From contig NW_008246087.1 in assembly GCF_000281045.1 (NCBI RefSeq), positions 256,987 to 320,986 of the forward strand: a stretch of 64,000 bases of DNA, written 5' to 3'. How positions within the stretch are numbered: the stretch's first letter is position 1; every line of letters begins with the position of its first letter. Shown piece by piece: positions 42,395 through 55,679 of this stretch. Origin of the DNA: Saprolegnia diclina VS20 (taxonomy: Eukaryota). The position numbers and the translations under genes were made by a program. Under the pieces are notes generated by a model. It saw nothing but the letters and a program-made list of their open reading frames with translations. It ran no database searches and had not been told where the DNA came from.

Positions 42395-43510
42395 TTACAA
42401 GTGGAACTTTCGGCGCGACGTGTCCATCGCGTGCTGCTTGTGAATCCACTCGTACTCGCCGTACTTGGTGTCGAACGTGCCTTCTTGGAGCCAGCGCAGC
42501 TTCATCGTGAAGCGCGGGCCGATCTCCTGTAGCCGAGCCTTCTACACAGCGCACGAGTCGTCCAGCAGGATAGCAGAATCGGGATGCGCGACGAACCTTG
42601 CCGTTTTCGAAAATGTAGCGGTGCTGGCGCACAAAGATGAAGTCGCGCTGGTTGTGAAACGTCACGACCTGGCGCCCCTTGAAGTCGGGCTTGTGCTCAA
42701 AGAACGAGCCAAGGAAGCGGCCAATGCGGTGCCCGAGGCGCGTGTTGAAGTTGTTCAGGATCAGCTCCGGCTGGTGGCTCGTGCGCTTGGCCTTGTTTTG
42801 GATCTGTTTGTTGAGCACGACGTTCGAGATCTTGAAGAACGCCGTCGGGCCATGCGGGAGGCGGCTCACGACCATGCTAGCACACGCGGATGACCAACTT
42901 TGTAGCGACAAGAGACATACCCGTTGACCTTCTTTTCCTTCTCCGAGAGAATGCACACGTGCGTAAAGGCCTTGTTGCCGGCGAAGCGGCAAATGTCCTT
43001 GATGTCGTACGTCTTGCGGTCGTAGTAGAACGAATTCGGGATGAACTCCATGAGGTTCTGCACGAACGGGTACATGTCACCGGACGGGAACGGCCGCGTC
43101 GTGATCATGAGCTTGGGCGTCTCTTCGTTGCCAAAGATGCGTGCAAACTCGTCGTCGTGGTCGTCGGCCGCGATCTCGTCGTCGTCGCCGCCAATCATGG
43201 TCACTTCGGCCTCACGCGCATTATCGATCGTGCGGGGCTCCTGCTTGGCCGGCGCCTTGTCACCGAGCTCTTCGGCCTCCTTCTTGCGCGCGGCCTGCGC
43301 CTCCTTCTTCATCGTCTTCTTCTCCTTCTTGTAGAGCTGCATGACTTGCTGGCGCTTGATCTTGTTCTTGATGCCCGACGGGTTCTTGCGCAGGATCTTG
43401 GGCGCGTCCTCTTCCGGTGCCGCCGCCGCCTTCATGCTCTTGCCGCGGCCCTTGCCGCCGTCGCCAGCCCGCGGCTTGCCGCCCGACCGCTGCTTCGCGT
43501 CTTTGCCCAT
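42395..43510 (-). CDS. RPF1: Ribosome production factor 1 (Brix domain), two introns
   Basis: [94 protein letters not shown], ending SRRKFHL*. Confidence 0.92.
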
Positions 43511-44120
43511 GCTTGAATTGCAACTGCACCAACCAACCCACTGCCAAATCCGACCTTTTGATTGGTTCCTGCCCATCCTCGCCATTTCAACCAATCGTCG
43601 GGCGCGATTTCGATCCAGCATTTGAGAGCCAAACGAGCACCCTGACAACACAACACCGACGAGGCCAGCTCCATGACTTCCATACGTCCACATAGAGACA
43701 TCGGCAATGTTCGGCGTCGGACGCTCCTTGCCGCTCGCCAGCATACCGTGCGGTACTGCCGATTTAGCCAGCCATTGGGTTCTAGTATACTCGACCCAAG
43801 TGACAGACTTGGAAAGATCGGTTTGATTCATATTTGTATAGTATACAAAAGCAAGCTATTATCACAGAATCCATTTTTAGACAGGGTATGAAACAGTGTA
43901 TGTTGGAAACACTGCATGGACAGCAACTTTCGAGGACCCAAGCAGACTTTTGCAAGCTGGCCGTTGGACCAAGGACGTACGAGACACACACTTGCATTCA
44001 AATAGAGGAAGCCACCAACGTCATCGTCGTCGGGACCGTGTTCCTATTGCTCTACGAACTCTCGTCGCACCGACTCCGCTCTAAGGCCTCGTCATGCACT
44101 AGCGCACAGTACATCGCAGC

Positions 44121-45364
44121 TTACTGACCACCGTCGCGCGTCGCGAGCTGGCTGTACAAGGCCGGGCGGCGGTCGCGGAGGAGGCCCCAGCTCGCGCGGC
44201 GAATGTGCATCTTTTCCAAGTGGAAGACTTCGACGAGGACGCCTTCGGACTCGCGGTCCGCAATCTTGAGCTATTCACACACAGCAATGTGAGCAGTGAA
44301 CGTGTAACACGCTACGACGTACGAGCTCGCCGGTCTGGCCCGTGATGAACGACGAGCCGCAGAACGTCACCTGGATGCCATCGCTCTGCTCCGTGCCAAC
44401 GCTACAATATCGCGTCACGCGTCTGGCTTGCAAAGGAGCATACTGTACCGGTTGGAGGCGACAATGGGCACCATGTTGGCGGCCGCGTGGCCCTGCATGA
44501 CACGCTGCCACTGGTCCCGCGCGTCAAAGCTCGGGTCCTAAGGCCAATAATGAGAAGACGCGTTCGCTCAAATGACATGGCGCACGAATTGGTTGCTCCC
44601 AAGCGCGCTGGGATACAGGATGATCTCGGCGCCCTTGATCGCCATGAGACGCGCGGCTTCCGGGTACCACTGGTCCGAGCCAATGCCAACACCGATCGTG
44701 GCGTAGCGCTACGATCACACAGCAATGCGTCCATGTCCGTGGACCATCCAAGAGGCGTACGGTCTTGAAGACAGCGCTCGGGACGTCCGAGGGCGCGAAG
44801 TAATACTTGTCGTTGTAGCCAAGGCGATCTATGCACAAGGATGAGAATTGGCACTGTATGTCGCGTTCGACGCACCCGAGATGTGGGCCTTGCGGACGAC
44901 GCCGAGCACCGCGCCGTCGGCGTCAATGACCGCGACCGAGTTGTAGTACGAGTTTTGGTACCGCTCGAAAAAGCTAATCGGCAGCACGACACGCAGCTCC
45001 TTGGCGAGCACCTGCATGCCTAAGACGAGGACATGCATGAGGCACAGAGTACACACGCGGGTACGTACCGCGGACAATGCCGCTGCCCTCAAGCGTCTCG
45101 GCGAGCTGGAAGTTCTGGCTCGAGAGATCCATGGGAAAGTACGTGTGCTGGAAGAGCTCCTGGAGCAGCACGATCTGCGCGCCGCGGCCGTGCGCGATCC
45201 GCACGAGGCTCTCGGCCTTCTTGATGTTCTCTTCCTGGTTGCGGCAGCTCATCTGCGTGGCCGCCACGGTGACCGTCTAGCGTTGATGATGAGACGACGA
45301 GCTCGCGCCTGCTTCCACGTACGCGGAGGTCGTAGCCGCCGGACGCGCTCCCAATGATGCTCAT
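44121..45364 (-). CDS. N-carbamoylputrescine amidase (AguB/CPA)-like nitrilase-superfamily protein lacking the catalytic Cys, multi-exon
   Basis: VAATQMSC, GAQIVLLQELF, VVLPISFFER, RKAHI, WQRVMQGHAAANMVP and WGLLRDRRP. The nucleophile motif reads GIGSDQWYPE instead of GICWDQWFPE. Confidence 0.85.
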
Positions 45365-46131
45365 TGCTGTAGCTTGGTGACGAAATGTGAAGTGCCAAGC
45401 GTCCCGAGCGGCGTCGCCGGAAAGATGCGACGGTATCCGGATATGCGCCAGCTGGAACCACCCAACAATGCGTTTGTTCACGCCTGTTACGCGGCCCCAC
45501 TCGAGTGCCACGCGACCAAAGAGACAATAAGCCACCAATAAGCCTTTGCGACGACGAGGGAGGTTGTCCGAGCTTCGTCGCTAGCATCGTAGCAACGCCA
45601 CGAGGAGACATGAAGCGAAGAAGGAGTCCGTGGACTGATCAGAAATCTCAAAAAATGATGGTGAGATTGCACTTGCATCAAACCCTGCGTGATGGGCAAA
45701 AATACGCTCTTTCGCGACACAACGACAGCTGGCGCGCTCAACTTCCTACCGCTTGAGTTCCTGCCCACCGCGGCGACGTTAGCTGGGCAGTATCGAGATG
45801 CCGGCAGGTCCTACGTACTCTAGAGACGATCTACGTGCTACGCTTGTACAGATTAGCAACGGGAACGACACGCCCGGACCAGAGAGTGTTTCGTCCGTGA
45901 CATCGGTCGCCTCCCCCGCGCGCGTAATGCTCTGGTTTGCATGACTGGCACTGTGATAGGTGTTGCGTGAAATTAGACTTGGTGCCAAACCGGCTGACAG
46001 CTTAACCGGTTTGTATTGTACGTCAGCTGGGTATCGAACCGACTGGCTAAGCCGTACTTCGTCCGGCGCACTTGATTGGGTACGTCAAAGACTGGTGGAA
46101 CAGGGTGCAACAAGTGCATTTGCCTTCGACG

Positions 46132-46623
46132 ATGTTGCGCTTGATCGCTGCCCGTGCGCCCGCGCCTCGCCTGGCCCTCGGCCTGCCCCGCGCCTTTAGC
46201 ACCGTGGACGCCCCGAAGAAGACCTTCACGTACAAGCTGCCGGAGGACGTCTCGGCGGAGAAGGACCTCCGCTTCGGCTTCAAGCCGGCGCAGATCCGCG
46301 ACGCGCCGGACGCGGTCCACCGCATGCTCAACCTCGACAACGCGTCGCAGGCGGAAATCAACCAGCTCAAGACCCAGAAGGCCATTGAAGCGTTCCAGCG
46401 CTTCCCCGGCGACACGGGCTCGACCGAGGTGCAGGTGGCCGTGCTCACGCAGAAGATCAAGCGCATGACCGAGCACTTCAAGGACCACAAGAAGGACAAC
46501 CACTCGCGCCGTGGCCTCCAGTCCATGATTAGCCGACGAAAGAAGCTTCTCGAGTACTTGCGCCGGGAAAACCTCCAGCAGTACCGTGCCGTCGTCGCGG
46601 CCCTCGGCCTCCGCTTCACGTAA
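46132..46623 (+). CDS. MRPS15: Mitochondrial ribosomal protein uS15m
   Basis: Presequence MLRLIAARAPAPRL. Core DTGSTEVQVAVLT...HFKDHKKDNHSRRGL...RRKKLLEYL...LGLR. Confidence 0.93.
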   Translation: MLRLIAARAPAPRLALGLPRAFSTVDAPKKTFTYKLPEDVSAEKDLRFGFKPAQIRDAPDAVHRMLNLDNASQAEINQLKTQKAIEAFQRFPGDTGSTEVQVAVLTQKIKRMTEHFKDHKKDNHSRRGLQSMISRRKKLLEYLRRENLQQYRAVVAALGLRFT

Positions 46624-46696
46624 TAGACAAGACAAGCGGCGTTTAGATGCAAGTCCATCCTCGTCCTCTTCTTCATCAGCCTCAATATAGTACATT

Positions 46697-47994
46697 CTAC
46701 GACCGGTCGTCTTCAGGCTCGAGGAGGATCGCTAGGATATCGACGCACTCGGGAAACGTAATCTCCGTGTCGTACGACACGCCGAGCTCCTGGAGCAGTC
46801 CCTCGACCTTGCCATCGATGCTGGCCTCATCGTTCGGCAGGCCATCCCACTCGATCTGCTGGAGGAGCTGCACCAAGTCGACGCATCGGATCGTGCCCTT
46901 GTGGGCGCGGTCGATCGCATGGAACGCCTCTTGGATGCGGGCTTGGACGTCGAGAGGCAGTGCAAACACAGCCTCGGACGGCGTCGCTTCGTCGTCGAGG
47001 CGCTGCGCCCGGAGCGCCGTGATCGTGTCGTTGAGCACCGACTCTGGCGACGCGAGCTCGAGCTAATGGGCCACCATGAGGTCCAGTCGACAGCGCCGTC
47101 GTACCTCGGGCAGTTCAAAGTGCTCAGGTGCAACCACCTCGCTGTCCATGTCATGGTACGTCTACCATCGAATGCTTTAGCCGCCACGGTACTGAGAGAG
47201 CGTGCCGTACGCCGCACTTGGCCGTGTCGGCCTGCCACTCGGCCTCGTAGATCTTGTTGGTGTTCTTGTAGAAGAACCGACCCGGTCCTTCCTTCATATC
47301 GTGCATCCAGTAGCCTTCGTAGTGGTTGCCGTTGGCTACGCGCAAGTCATGACACGGCGTCTCAGATCGAGTCGTACGCAGGTGGAGGGTGCCCATGCCG
47401 CTGCGCTCGTTCTTGGCCCACCGGCCTTCGTACACAGCGCCGTCCGCGTACGTCATGCGCCCTTTGCCGTCGCGCTGGCCACGCGTCCAGAAGCCTTCGT
47501 ACTTGCCGCCATCTTCGTAGTAGTAGACGCCAAGACCCTAGAAACGTCGCTTCCGACAGGCGCGTGGATACGTGAACGTACGTGGCGCTCGTCTTCGGCC
47601 CAATCGCCCGAGTATTGCTTGCGCAGCTTGGCGTGGCGCTTGACCCAGAACGTGCCTACCGCATCCTAAAGATTCCAGCGCTCGAGACTTGTCGACCTTT
47701 GCCGTGGCGCTTCCCGTCGACCCACTCGCCCTCGTACTTGTTGCCGTTGGCGCACACCTGCGTGCCGTACCCAGCCTTCTTGTCATTCGCCCAGTCGCCA
47801 TTGTACTTGGCTGCCAGCGTGTAGCGCGACGTGGGGTGCGAGTTTGGGTTGCCGTACTTGTCTTCGCTCGCATGCGCCGCGCTGTGCTTGACCCAGTACA
47901 CCGAGTGGTGCGGTCCGGCCTTGGTCGACTTGGCGTCCCACGACTTCCAGAGCGGGTTGGAGCCCTTCGGCTTGCCGTCCGTGAGCAGCGCCAT
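46697..47994 (-). CDS. MORN repeat protein (MORN3-like, probably flagellar) with C-terminal EF-hand-like domain, multi-exon
   Basis: PLWKSWDAKSTKAG N-terminus. YxGxWxxxxxxGxG repeats. EAFHAIDRAHKGTI and EITFPECVDIL EF-hand-like segments. Confidence 0.8.
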
Positions 47995-48386
47995 GCGGGA
48001 TTGACTATTTTTAGAGGAAATAACCTCTCCATCCTAGTAAACTCAACCGCGCATGACCAGTCTCCAAGCTCACACTGTGCCAATATGACAGTACATAGAG
48101 GCCGCTCCGAAGCGCTGGACGACGCATCTACGTGTTGTACCTTTGGCTGGCCACCGACGCCGACAAGCGCCCAACTGGTGTTTCGCCCTAGCTTACTGCC
48201 TCGCTCGATGACATTGCTGAATGCAATGAACTTGGAGGCTGCCACCAAGTCTTTGTAAGCCCACGCAATGGCGCCTCCCAGATACGAGACTGCATGCGTG
48301 CGGGAGCCAAGGCCAACGCAGCCAAGCAGATCATGATGGCGTCAATGTGAGTTGGAAGAGAGGTAGTTGAGATAAGACGCATCGTA

Positions 48387-49104
48387 TTAGACGTACACGA
48401 GGGCGTAGAGTAGTTTGGTGTGGCACTCGGCCTCGAACTCGTCGATGGCTCGTGGCACGTCCTTCTCCAAGTCGGACAGAACGTTGATCTGCAGTCGCAT
48501 GAGACGCCGCCAATGACTAGAAACGCATACCTTTTGGCAGAGCTTGAGGGCAAGGGCGCCGCCAATCACGGCGTCTTGGGGCGTGTCCTTGATGTCGAGG
48601 CAGATGACATGGATCGCGTGGAACGCATTTGGCTTGCGCAGCTGCAAGTCTAGGCAACGTCAGAGCTCCATTGCGAGCAGCGGAGTACCTTCGAGAACGA
48701 TGTCGAAGATGCGATCTTCAAAGCACACGACGACGTCGAGCTGCGCGAGGTCGGTCGTCGAGTTGTCCTGCCACTTTTGCGGCGCCTTCTTGGTCAGAAT
48801 ATCGCGCTCCAGCATGGCCAGCACGCCGTTGTGGCGAAACCTACGTAGCCGCCATGAGCCTCGAACGCGACCACAGAGGCACGTACAGCGCTTCGTTCTC
48901 GGCCTTGAGCTCGCGGTACATGACCTCGTATGGCGTAAAGAACTCGTAGATGTGCGGCTCGTAGCGGCTGCGGCCCGGGAAGCGCACCTTGTTGCCGGCG
49001 CCGAAGGAGCACACGCGCAAGCCTGCAGCGTGCAAGTGGTCATGGGCCTCCGTGCTGCGGTTGACGTTGTTGGCGCAGATCATCGCAAACATTGGCGTCG
49101 TCAT
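48387..49104 (-). CDS. SSU72: RNA polymerase II CTD phosphatase SSU72, multi-exon
   Basis: Catalytic CX5R motif ICANNVNRSTEAH, plus SFGAG..VRFPG, NGVLAMLERD, DVVVCFEDRIFD and DIKDT. Confidence 0.93.
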
Positions 49105-49560
49105 GCTGCCTGCTTGCGTGGCTTGGCGGCGCTTGGATTCGTTATCCGGAACGCCTCCGGATACAGCTGACCATGGATCTTCCCGCCAGCATTTTTTCAT
49201 CGCCGCATGCGCCTGCCAGTTGTCGTAGTCCACCAGAGTACTAGCGCCTCGCACGATATGACTCTCGTAGTACACGATTGCTCGAACCTAGTCATCGCGT
49301 GAATACTCTTTGCAGTCAATGGACCTTCAAGCTACAAGCAAGGGTCACCTTAACCCTTCAACGTCCTGAGCTCGAGAATGTAAACGTCAGCTGACCAAGG
49401 TTCGCACGCGACGTGGCGACGAGAGATGATCGTTGCTGTGAGTTCCGGTCGACGAGTTCTGTGCAAACTTTGAACCAACATCGTTTCGGTAGAGAGGTCG
49501 TCTATTTCTGCTCGACTCGGATAACGCCAGCAGCCAAGATGCTGTCGCGGGGCCACGCCG

Positions 49561-51130
49561 ATGCAACGACCGCCGAGACATATCCTTTTCATGCTGTGTC
49601 TTGATGTTTACCAGCGTTGTTTGCATTTGACAGTGGCCTTGACGAAGCGCACGGCGTCGCTCAAGGCGCAGCTCCACACGCGTATCCAGCACGCGGCCGC
49701 GCGGATTGAGGCGGCGGCCCACGCGATCGCTGCGACGCAGGTCGAGCTGAAGATCAAAGCCGTGCGCATCAAGCAGGCTGAGCGCCAAATGACCAAAATG
49801 CAAGCGGTGCACACGCTGCAGATGAAGCGCCTCATCAAGAAGGACCTCGTGCATCTCTCGCGAAAAGATAGCATTCGCACCGTACGAGTTCTCTTCTTCT
49901 TCATAGCAACTCGCTGCGCTAGAAATTGGATGCAAGTCAGTCGATCGCACTCAAGCTCCAGGCAGAGAACGAAGACTTGGACGAGAAGGTTGTGACGCTG
50001 GAAGCCGCGATCGGGTCCCTTCTCGGGCAGTGCGAAGCGGCGATCGAGGTACGAAGTAGCTCATACGACAACTTGTACACATGTGTATGCTAGTCGCACG
50101 CAAATAGTGTCCAGCGTCTGCTCGGCGAACACCAATCGATGCGCAAAGTGGACTTTGAAGTCGAGACTGTACGCCAACAAAAATTTTCGCGACGCCGACC
50201 ATAGACATGATTAGGTCGAGGACCTGCACGCGATCATGGAAGACTTCCGATATGTTCTAAGCCATGTACGACGATATGCGCTTTAGGATGCTAAGCTTGC
50301 AAGTAGCACACGCCCGAGCGCCGTTTTGCGCTCAAGTCCAAGCACCTGACGCTGAGCACGCTACAGCCCGCCCACCTCACTGCTATGGTGCAAACTAAAA
50401 GCTCGTATTCCAGGCGATAGCTGTATCTTGGGTAGAGCGAGATCATGGTCGGCTACTTGCCCATGAAACTTCTGCCAGTACGACGCGCAAGACTGGCATC
50501 AAGTCGCAACGTATGCGATAGGTCAATGTGACGCTGCACAAGCGGTTGTACAACAAGGTCGTGCGCCGCGCCACCGTGCCACTCATGCCGATCGCCAAGC
50601 TCACTCCCCGCGAACAGCTTGAGTACGACGCCCTCGGCGCGTCAAGCGACTCGTCGTACGTGTACCCTAACCTCTGTCTCGGTCCGCCAACACTATTCTA
50701 GATCTGACGGGGCGGATGAGAACGACCAGAGTGAAGAAGAGGATGTGAGCTCGACGACCGAGAACCTCGCGTGCGTGGCGTCTCTATGGTAGAAGGCTGA
50801 CCACTGTATCTTGTAGAGTCGTGCCCAAGGCGTCCCATGGGTCGGCGCCAGAGCCAGCAAAAGTGCCGCGTATTTGGGCGCCGTCAGGGAGAAAGGCATC
50901 ACTGCCGTCCGTTCGCCTCGAGCCGCTTGCGCGGTACTAGCACGATAGAATCTCCACATGGAGCGTTGAGCGCTGGCACATAGAAAGTACCTCGCGCAGC
51001 AAACCAATCCACCCGAGTACGTAACCTGCTCGAAGCGTCTCAAGAGCAAGAGACTCAACTGACTGCTGCGGTGTAGACCCAGCTTGCAACGCCGAGCGTC
51101 CCTGTGTCCGTCCGTCGCCAGCTCGACGAC
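49561..51130 (+). CDS. Hypothetical multi-exon coiled-coil protein, boundaries uncertain
   Basis: Heptad-like exons (LKAQLHTRIQHAAARIEAAA; LQAENEDLDEKVVTLEAAI) separated by GT-AG intron-like segments. Confidence 0.35.
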
Positions 51131-51840
51131 GTCACGACCCAATATGTAACTTGCCCTTCGTATCTCTGTTGCTACAGATGTGGTATCTCCCTGTGTGTCG
51201 TCCGTATGGCCAAGCAGACGATACCGTTGCGGCGAGTTGCTGTGCTTTTCATGGTCAAAACCATTCTGCCTCGCCAAGAATCGGCTCCTTCTTTCGCTTC
51301 TGCTGGCTGCTTGTGGCTTGGGTTGAGAAGTCGCACTCAATCTGGGGAGAATCTACGATGCTAGCAGGTCTCGAAGACGTACGAAAAGGCGCAGCAAACT
51401 GCAGGCCGGTACGAATGCACTTCCTGAAAAAGGAGGTGTCTTGCAGTGACCTCGACGATCATCATCGAGAACAGCACACCCATCCGTGTGCAGTCCCCGC
51501 ACCTGCCCATACCAATGCTATCATCATTCGATGTCATGTTCATTTGCGACTACCCAAGATCCAAGCACAGACGGGGCACTCCTGACATACAGAAATCGTC
51601 GTGTCATTTCATAAATCTCTCGTATGGTGCCTGTCGATATAGAAAGGAGGCACAACATGTCATCAGCACTCTCTAAATAGGAAGTAGTTAGCGGCCAGTT
51701 GCATGCAAGCCAGCACATTCACTTGCTGAAATCGAACTCTTCCATCATCCTCATAATCCTCGGTGGAAGAAATGGGAGTACACTCTCTTGGATGACTTGC
51801 GAATGGCAGTCGCAGCAAAATGTGCCGAGTGCAACCGTCA

Positions 51841-53209
51841 TGGCAATGAACCGGCGTGAAACCGGCAACGCCTTTTTACCCCCAACGCGCCATGTACCCG
51901 ATGCGCTCTATGTGTCCTTCTCATGCGCTGCGGATTAGGTCGGGTGATCGAAGGCGCCGCGCCAGCATCGCCGTCACGATACCCAAACTCGGGACGCTTC
52001 GAGCACCTCTATATCCTTTTCCAGCGCACCAAATAGGACTTGCATTCGCTCCTGTTTGATAACATTTCTTGACGGAACTACAGTGCAACAACCACCCTCG
52101 CTGACGCAGCAAGTCGAGGCCGCCGACGCGCTCGCACAGCAGCTGCAAGCCGAGATGAGTGCCAAGCGAGCGTTGATTGAGAGCCTCGAAGCCATCGCTA
52201 CGTCGGACGCCAAGCTCGTGCGCGACAGCCGTGACCGCAGGGCGTCTTTGGACACCGTACTTTCGAAAGCGGTAATCCATTTATGAGCAAGTGATCAGGC
52301 GCGGGCATAAATGACTAGCGAGTCACGCCAACCACGCGACAGGGCAAGGAGCTTGTGACGAGCAACGCCGCATTGGTGCTAGCCATCGCCGATATTGAAG
52401 CCAGCATTGCAACACTCCAAGCAACGATTCAGTCGGTACGCGATAGAGTAGATAGAACGCTCGAGATATGAGGCAAGCTAAATGATGTAGTCGCGGTCAA
52501 AGCCGGCTGCACGGCTCGCCCAGCGCCGACTCTCCGTGTCCGCCGAGGCCTTCGAGACGGTGGACACTTTGCTTCGTGTTGCTCTCTTCTACCGCCTCTT
52601 TGGTACAGGACGCTGACGTTGCGCGGCTCGTACAGCAGTTTGAGCTGCTCCTCCGCCACGTAAGTCGTGTCCTTCTCGAGTTGATGACAGAGATGGCGTA
52701 GACACTCCCAAAGTCCGCACTGCATTCAATCAAGGCCAAGCGCATCCTCATGGCGCTCGAGGCCATCGACGAGACGAGTCTCCAGGCCATTGTATGTCAA
52801 GCTACCTAAACCGCACTCTCGATGAGTATAGGAAATCACACTTGGTGACTACCTCCCCTTTCAGCTGCCGCTGGTACTCTGCAGGTAGCTGGATACTCTC
52901 TTGAATGAAGCCCCCATTAGGCGCCAACGACGAGTAAGAAGAAGACGTCATTGCGGCACCCAGACGACGACGAAGACGAGACATATTTCTCCAAATATGA
53001 AGACAACACGGCCAAGATCCGACGCCACCTCCAAGCCGCGGGTTCGACGACACCAGCACCCGACGGATCCGCAGAGACTTCACCACGGACAACGTGACGC
53101 CAAGGATGTGCTTGAACAACTCACCTCTCATACCTCTCATAGGTCCGGGCAGTCGACGTCGGCAAGCGCCGAGACGACGCAAACGTACATTCTGCGCTCA
53201 ACTCGTTAG
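51841..53209 (+). CDS. Hypothetical multi-exon coiled-coil protein, boundaries uncertain
   Basis: Exon-like segments such as QQVEAADALAQQLQAEMSAKRALIESLE, and a terminal ORF ending at TAG 53209. Confidence 0.3.
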
Positions 53210-53341
53210 ATTCCAGTGCGTGGTGTAGTAAGCGGCTCAGTGTTCGCTTTGACGTGGCGATGCCAGCACTCACGAGCAACAGGTAAGCTCTGTCATGAGC
53301 AACTTGCCATTAAATATGGGTTGCACAGCGACAATACCATC

Positions 53342-55020
53342 ATGCACGTACGTCATGAACGAGGTAGTCTGTCGAGCAGCGAACGACCCAAGAGCCCGAG
53401 GTTGTTTCCAGAGGGCTTGCCAAAGTACATGATCGTCGTCGGGATGTCCCAACGCTGAGAGACGTTTAGGGACGGTTTGACCAAGAGTCCGCGCGGCAAC
53501 GACGCCACCAAGTTGGCATCGAGGTGCCCATAGAGCGCGACCAAATACCGAATCGACTCTTCCTACTAGCGTGTCCACGTCGGCGCTGCCAACTGCAGAG
53601 AGTTTATCCCCACCTCGCCTCTCCACTAGGTACACTAGGCAGTGGACTTTGTCAGCTGACTTGATGGCGAGTGTAGCAGCTCGGTCGACGCGCTCGTCGT
53701 CAAGTTTACATCGCGCTTGCGCCAGTACATAGATTCCGTTCCGCCAACGCTCTGTCTCGACGTATGAGTATGTTAGGAGCTCGATCAAAACCAAGGAAGG
53801 GCTTCCGACGACGTATTTCTTGGCAACCAAAAGTGATCCAAACTCACATTTCGTGATAGACATCGCCGCTTGCCCAGTGCCCGCCACAATTCGCTTCTCG
53901 TAGCAACGTACGTCACATGAACATTGTATAATACTAGGAAATGAGCTGGCGGTGGATAGAGCGGCAACAATGCCACTGCCTGTCGATGACGTGTGCGCTG
54001 CCTCTTCATGCGATTCTTCTCGACTGCAAGATGCTCTTGTAGACCAGTGGCACACGCCAGCAAGCCGAGCAGTCCCTCACGGAGGTAGAATCAGACTTGG
54101 TGATTGCTACGGCTAAGCTCTCTCTGTGCCAGTAGCTCCAAGGCTAAAGACCTGGGAGGGTAGGTGACGATGGTGCGCCATTGGTCATGGCGAAATCGTA
54201 GAAGCACCGGGGTGTTGCTGGACGCCCCAAAGCTCGTGACGACCGACCAGCTTTTGCCCATCGATGAAACGTGCTTCCTGCCCGTTGACGTCCTTATCGA
54301 CTCATGGTGTTGGTAGGAGCACGGTCTTGAAGACAGAGTTGAAAGCAAAGTCAAGGTCGGCTGCACCCCATAGTTATATGACCTCTCTGGACGCAACGGT
54401 GTACAGTTTAAAGTCTGGCGACGCACCAAGTCAAACGACCGAGAGCGACACCCCGGGGTATCAGCTTATACAACACCGATCGATAAAGCTAGAGGAACGA
54501 GTAGACCAAAGGAAACCCCGGCGCCAATGCGTCGCACCCCGACGCCAAAGCTCGAGACGCTCATGCGCAGGCAAGTGCAAGCTGCTGCCGTCGCATTTGA
54601 CTCTGTTGATACGTGTAGCGGCTCCAAGGCCAAGGACCTCTTTACAAAATCGTACACTCCGTTTATACGACAAAATCTAGACGAGCATGGTAGGGATGCC
54701 AAGGTACCCGAGGTGGCGTCGCGCCTCCGCCGAGCCTCCGTGAGCGTCACTTCTCTGTATGTACACCATGTTGTTTCGTAGCTAAGATCTTCTGCAGGGC
54801 ACCCAGCAGCAGCAGTACCACCACGAGCAGCAGTGTCAAGGCGCCGCGAGATCTGTCAGCGCACCTGGGGTAATCAGTGCCTCGAACGACGCTGCAGGAG
54901 CCAACCTCGTGTACTAGGGAGCAAGCGATTGCGAGGCGCACGGAAATGAGTCGCATGAACGACTTTGAGCGCATCGCGCTGGCCGACGACCGACTAAAAA
55001 CCGATGTTGGCTTTTCGTAG
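53342..55020 (+). CDS. Possible multi-exon low-complexity hypothetical protein
   Basis: Alternating GC-rich exon-like and intron-like segments ending at TAG about 55020. No domain recognised. Confidence 0.25.
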
Positions 55021-55679
55021 TCGACGACAGCCTCCTATTTACAGTAACCCTACCCACAGCGTACCAGCCGCGTCGATTTTTGCATGTCCTACCATGGTTG
55101 CGCACTAGATTATCGCTGCATTCGACATCGCTTTCGTATAGTACGAAGCGGCGTTAGGGAGAGTAAGATAATTCTACGTCGGCGTGTCAGGGTCGATTGT
55201 CGATCCCGCGTGGCTGTCCCTAACCTTTTGCCGCATAAAATGTATCGACATATCAGACCTTATATCTCATGTACCCATTATATTTCTGAAGCGCCATCAT
55301 CATGCGCCGTGAAGTCACCTTGTGTCTCGTGCTGGCTCGTCGGCACCAGCCGTGCCGCTTTTCTGGCAGTCGCGACTCGCCTGGACGTGCGTTGCTCCAG
55401 CCATCGACTAACAAAGTTAGGAGATGTTGTCGAACTAGTATTCGACTAGACTCGACTCGTTAGCAGGTGCATCTTGATCTCGCAGACTCGGGATCCCGTC
55501 GAGAACGTCCGAGCGCGTAGCTTCGTGTTTGCGTTGGAGTCCCACGGTGCGTCGACTGGCGCGAGTGCCGGTTTGCCCACGGTGCATACAAAGTCCAAGT
55601 CATTTCAAAAAGCAGGTGGCAGTCTCAGATGTGCGAGTTTGCTGTTTGCGTCTATTTCGCAGAAACCACCCGAAGCAGC

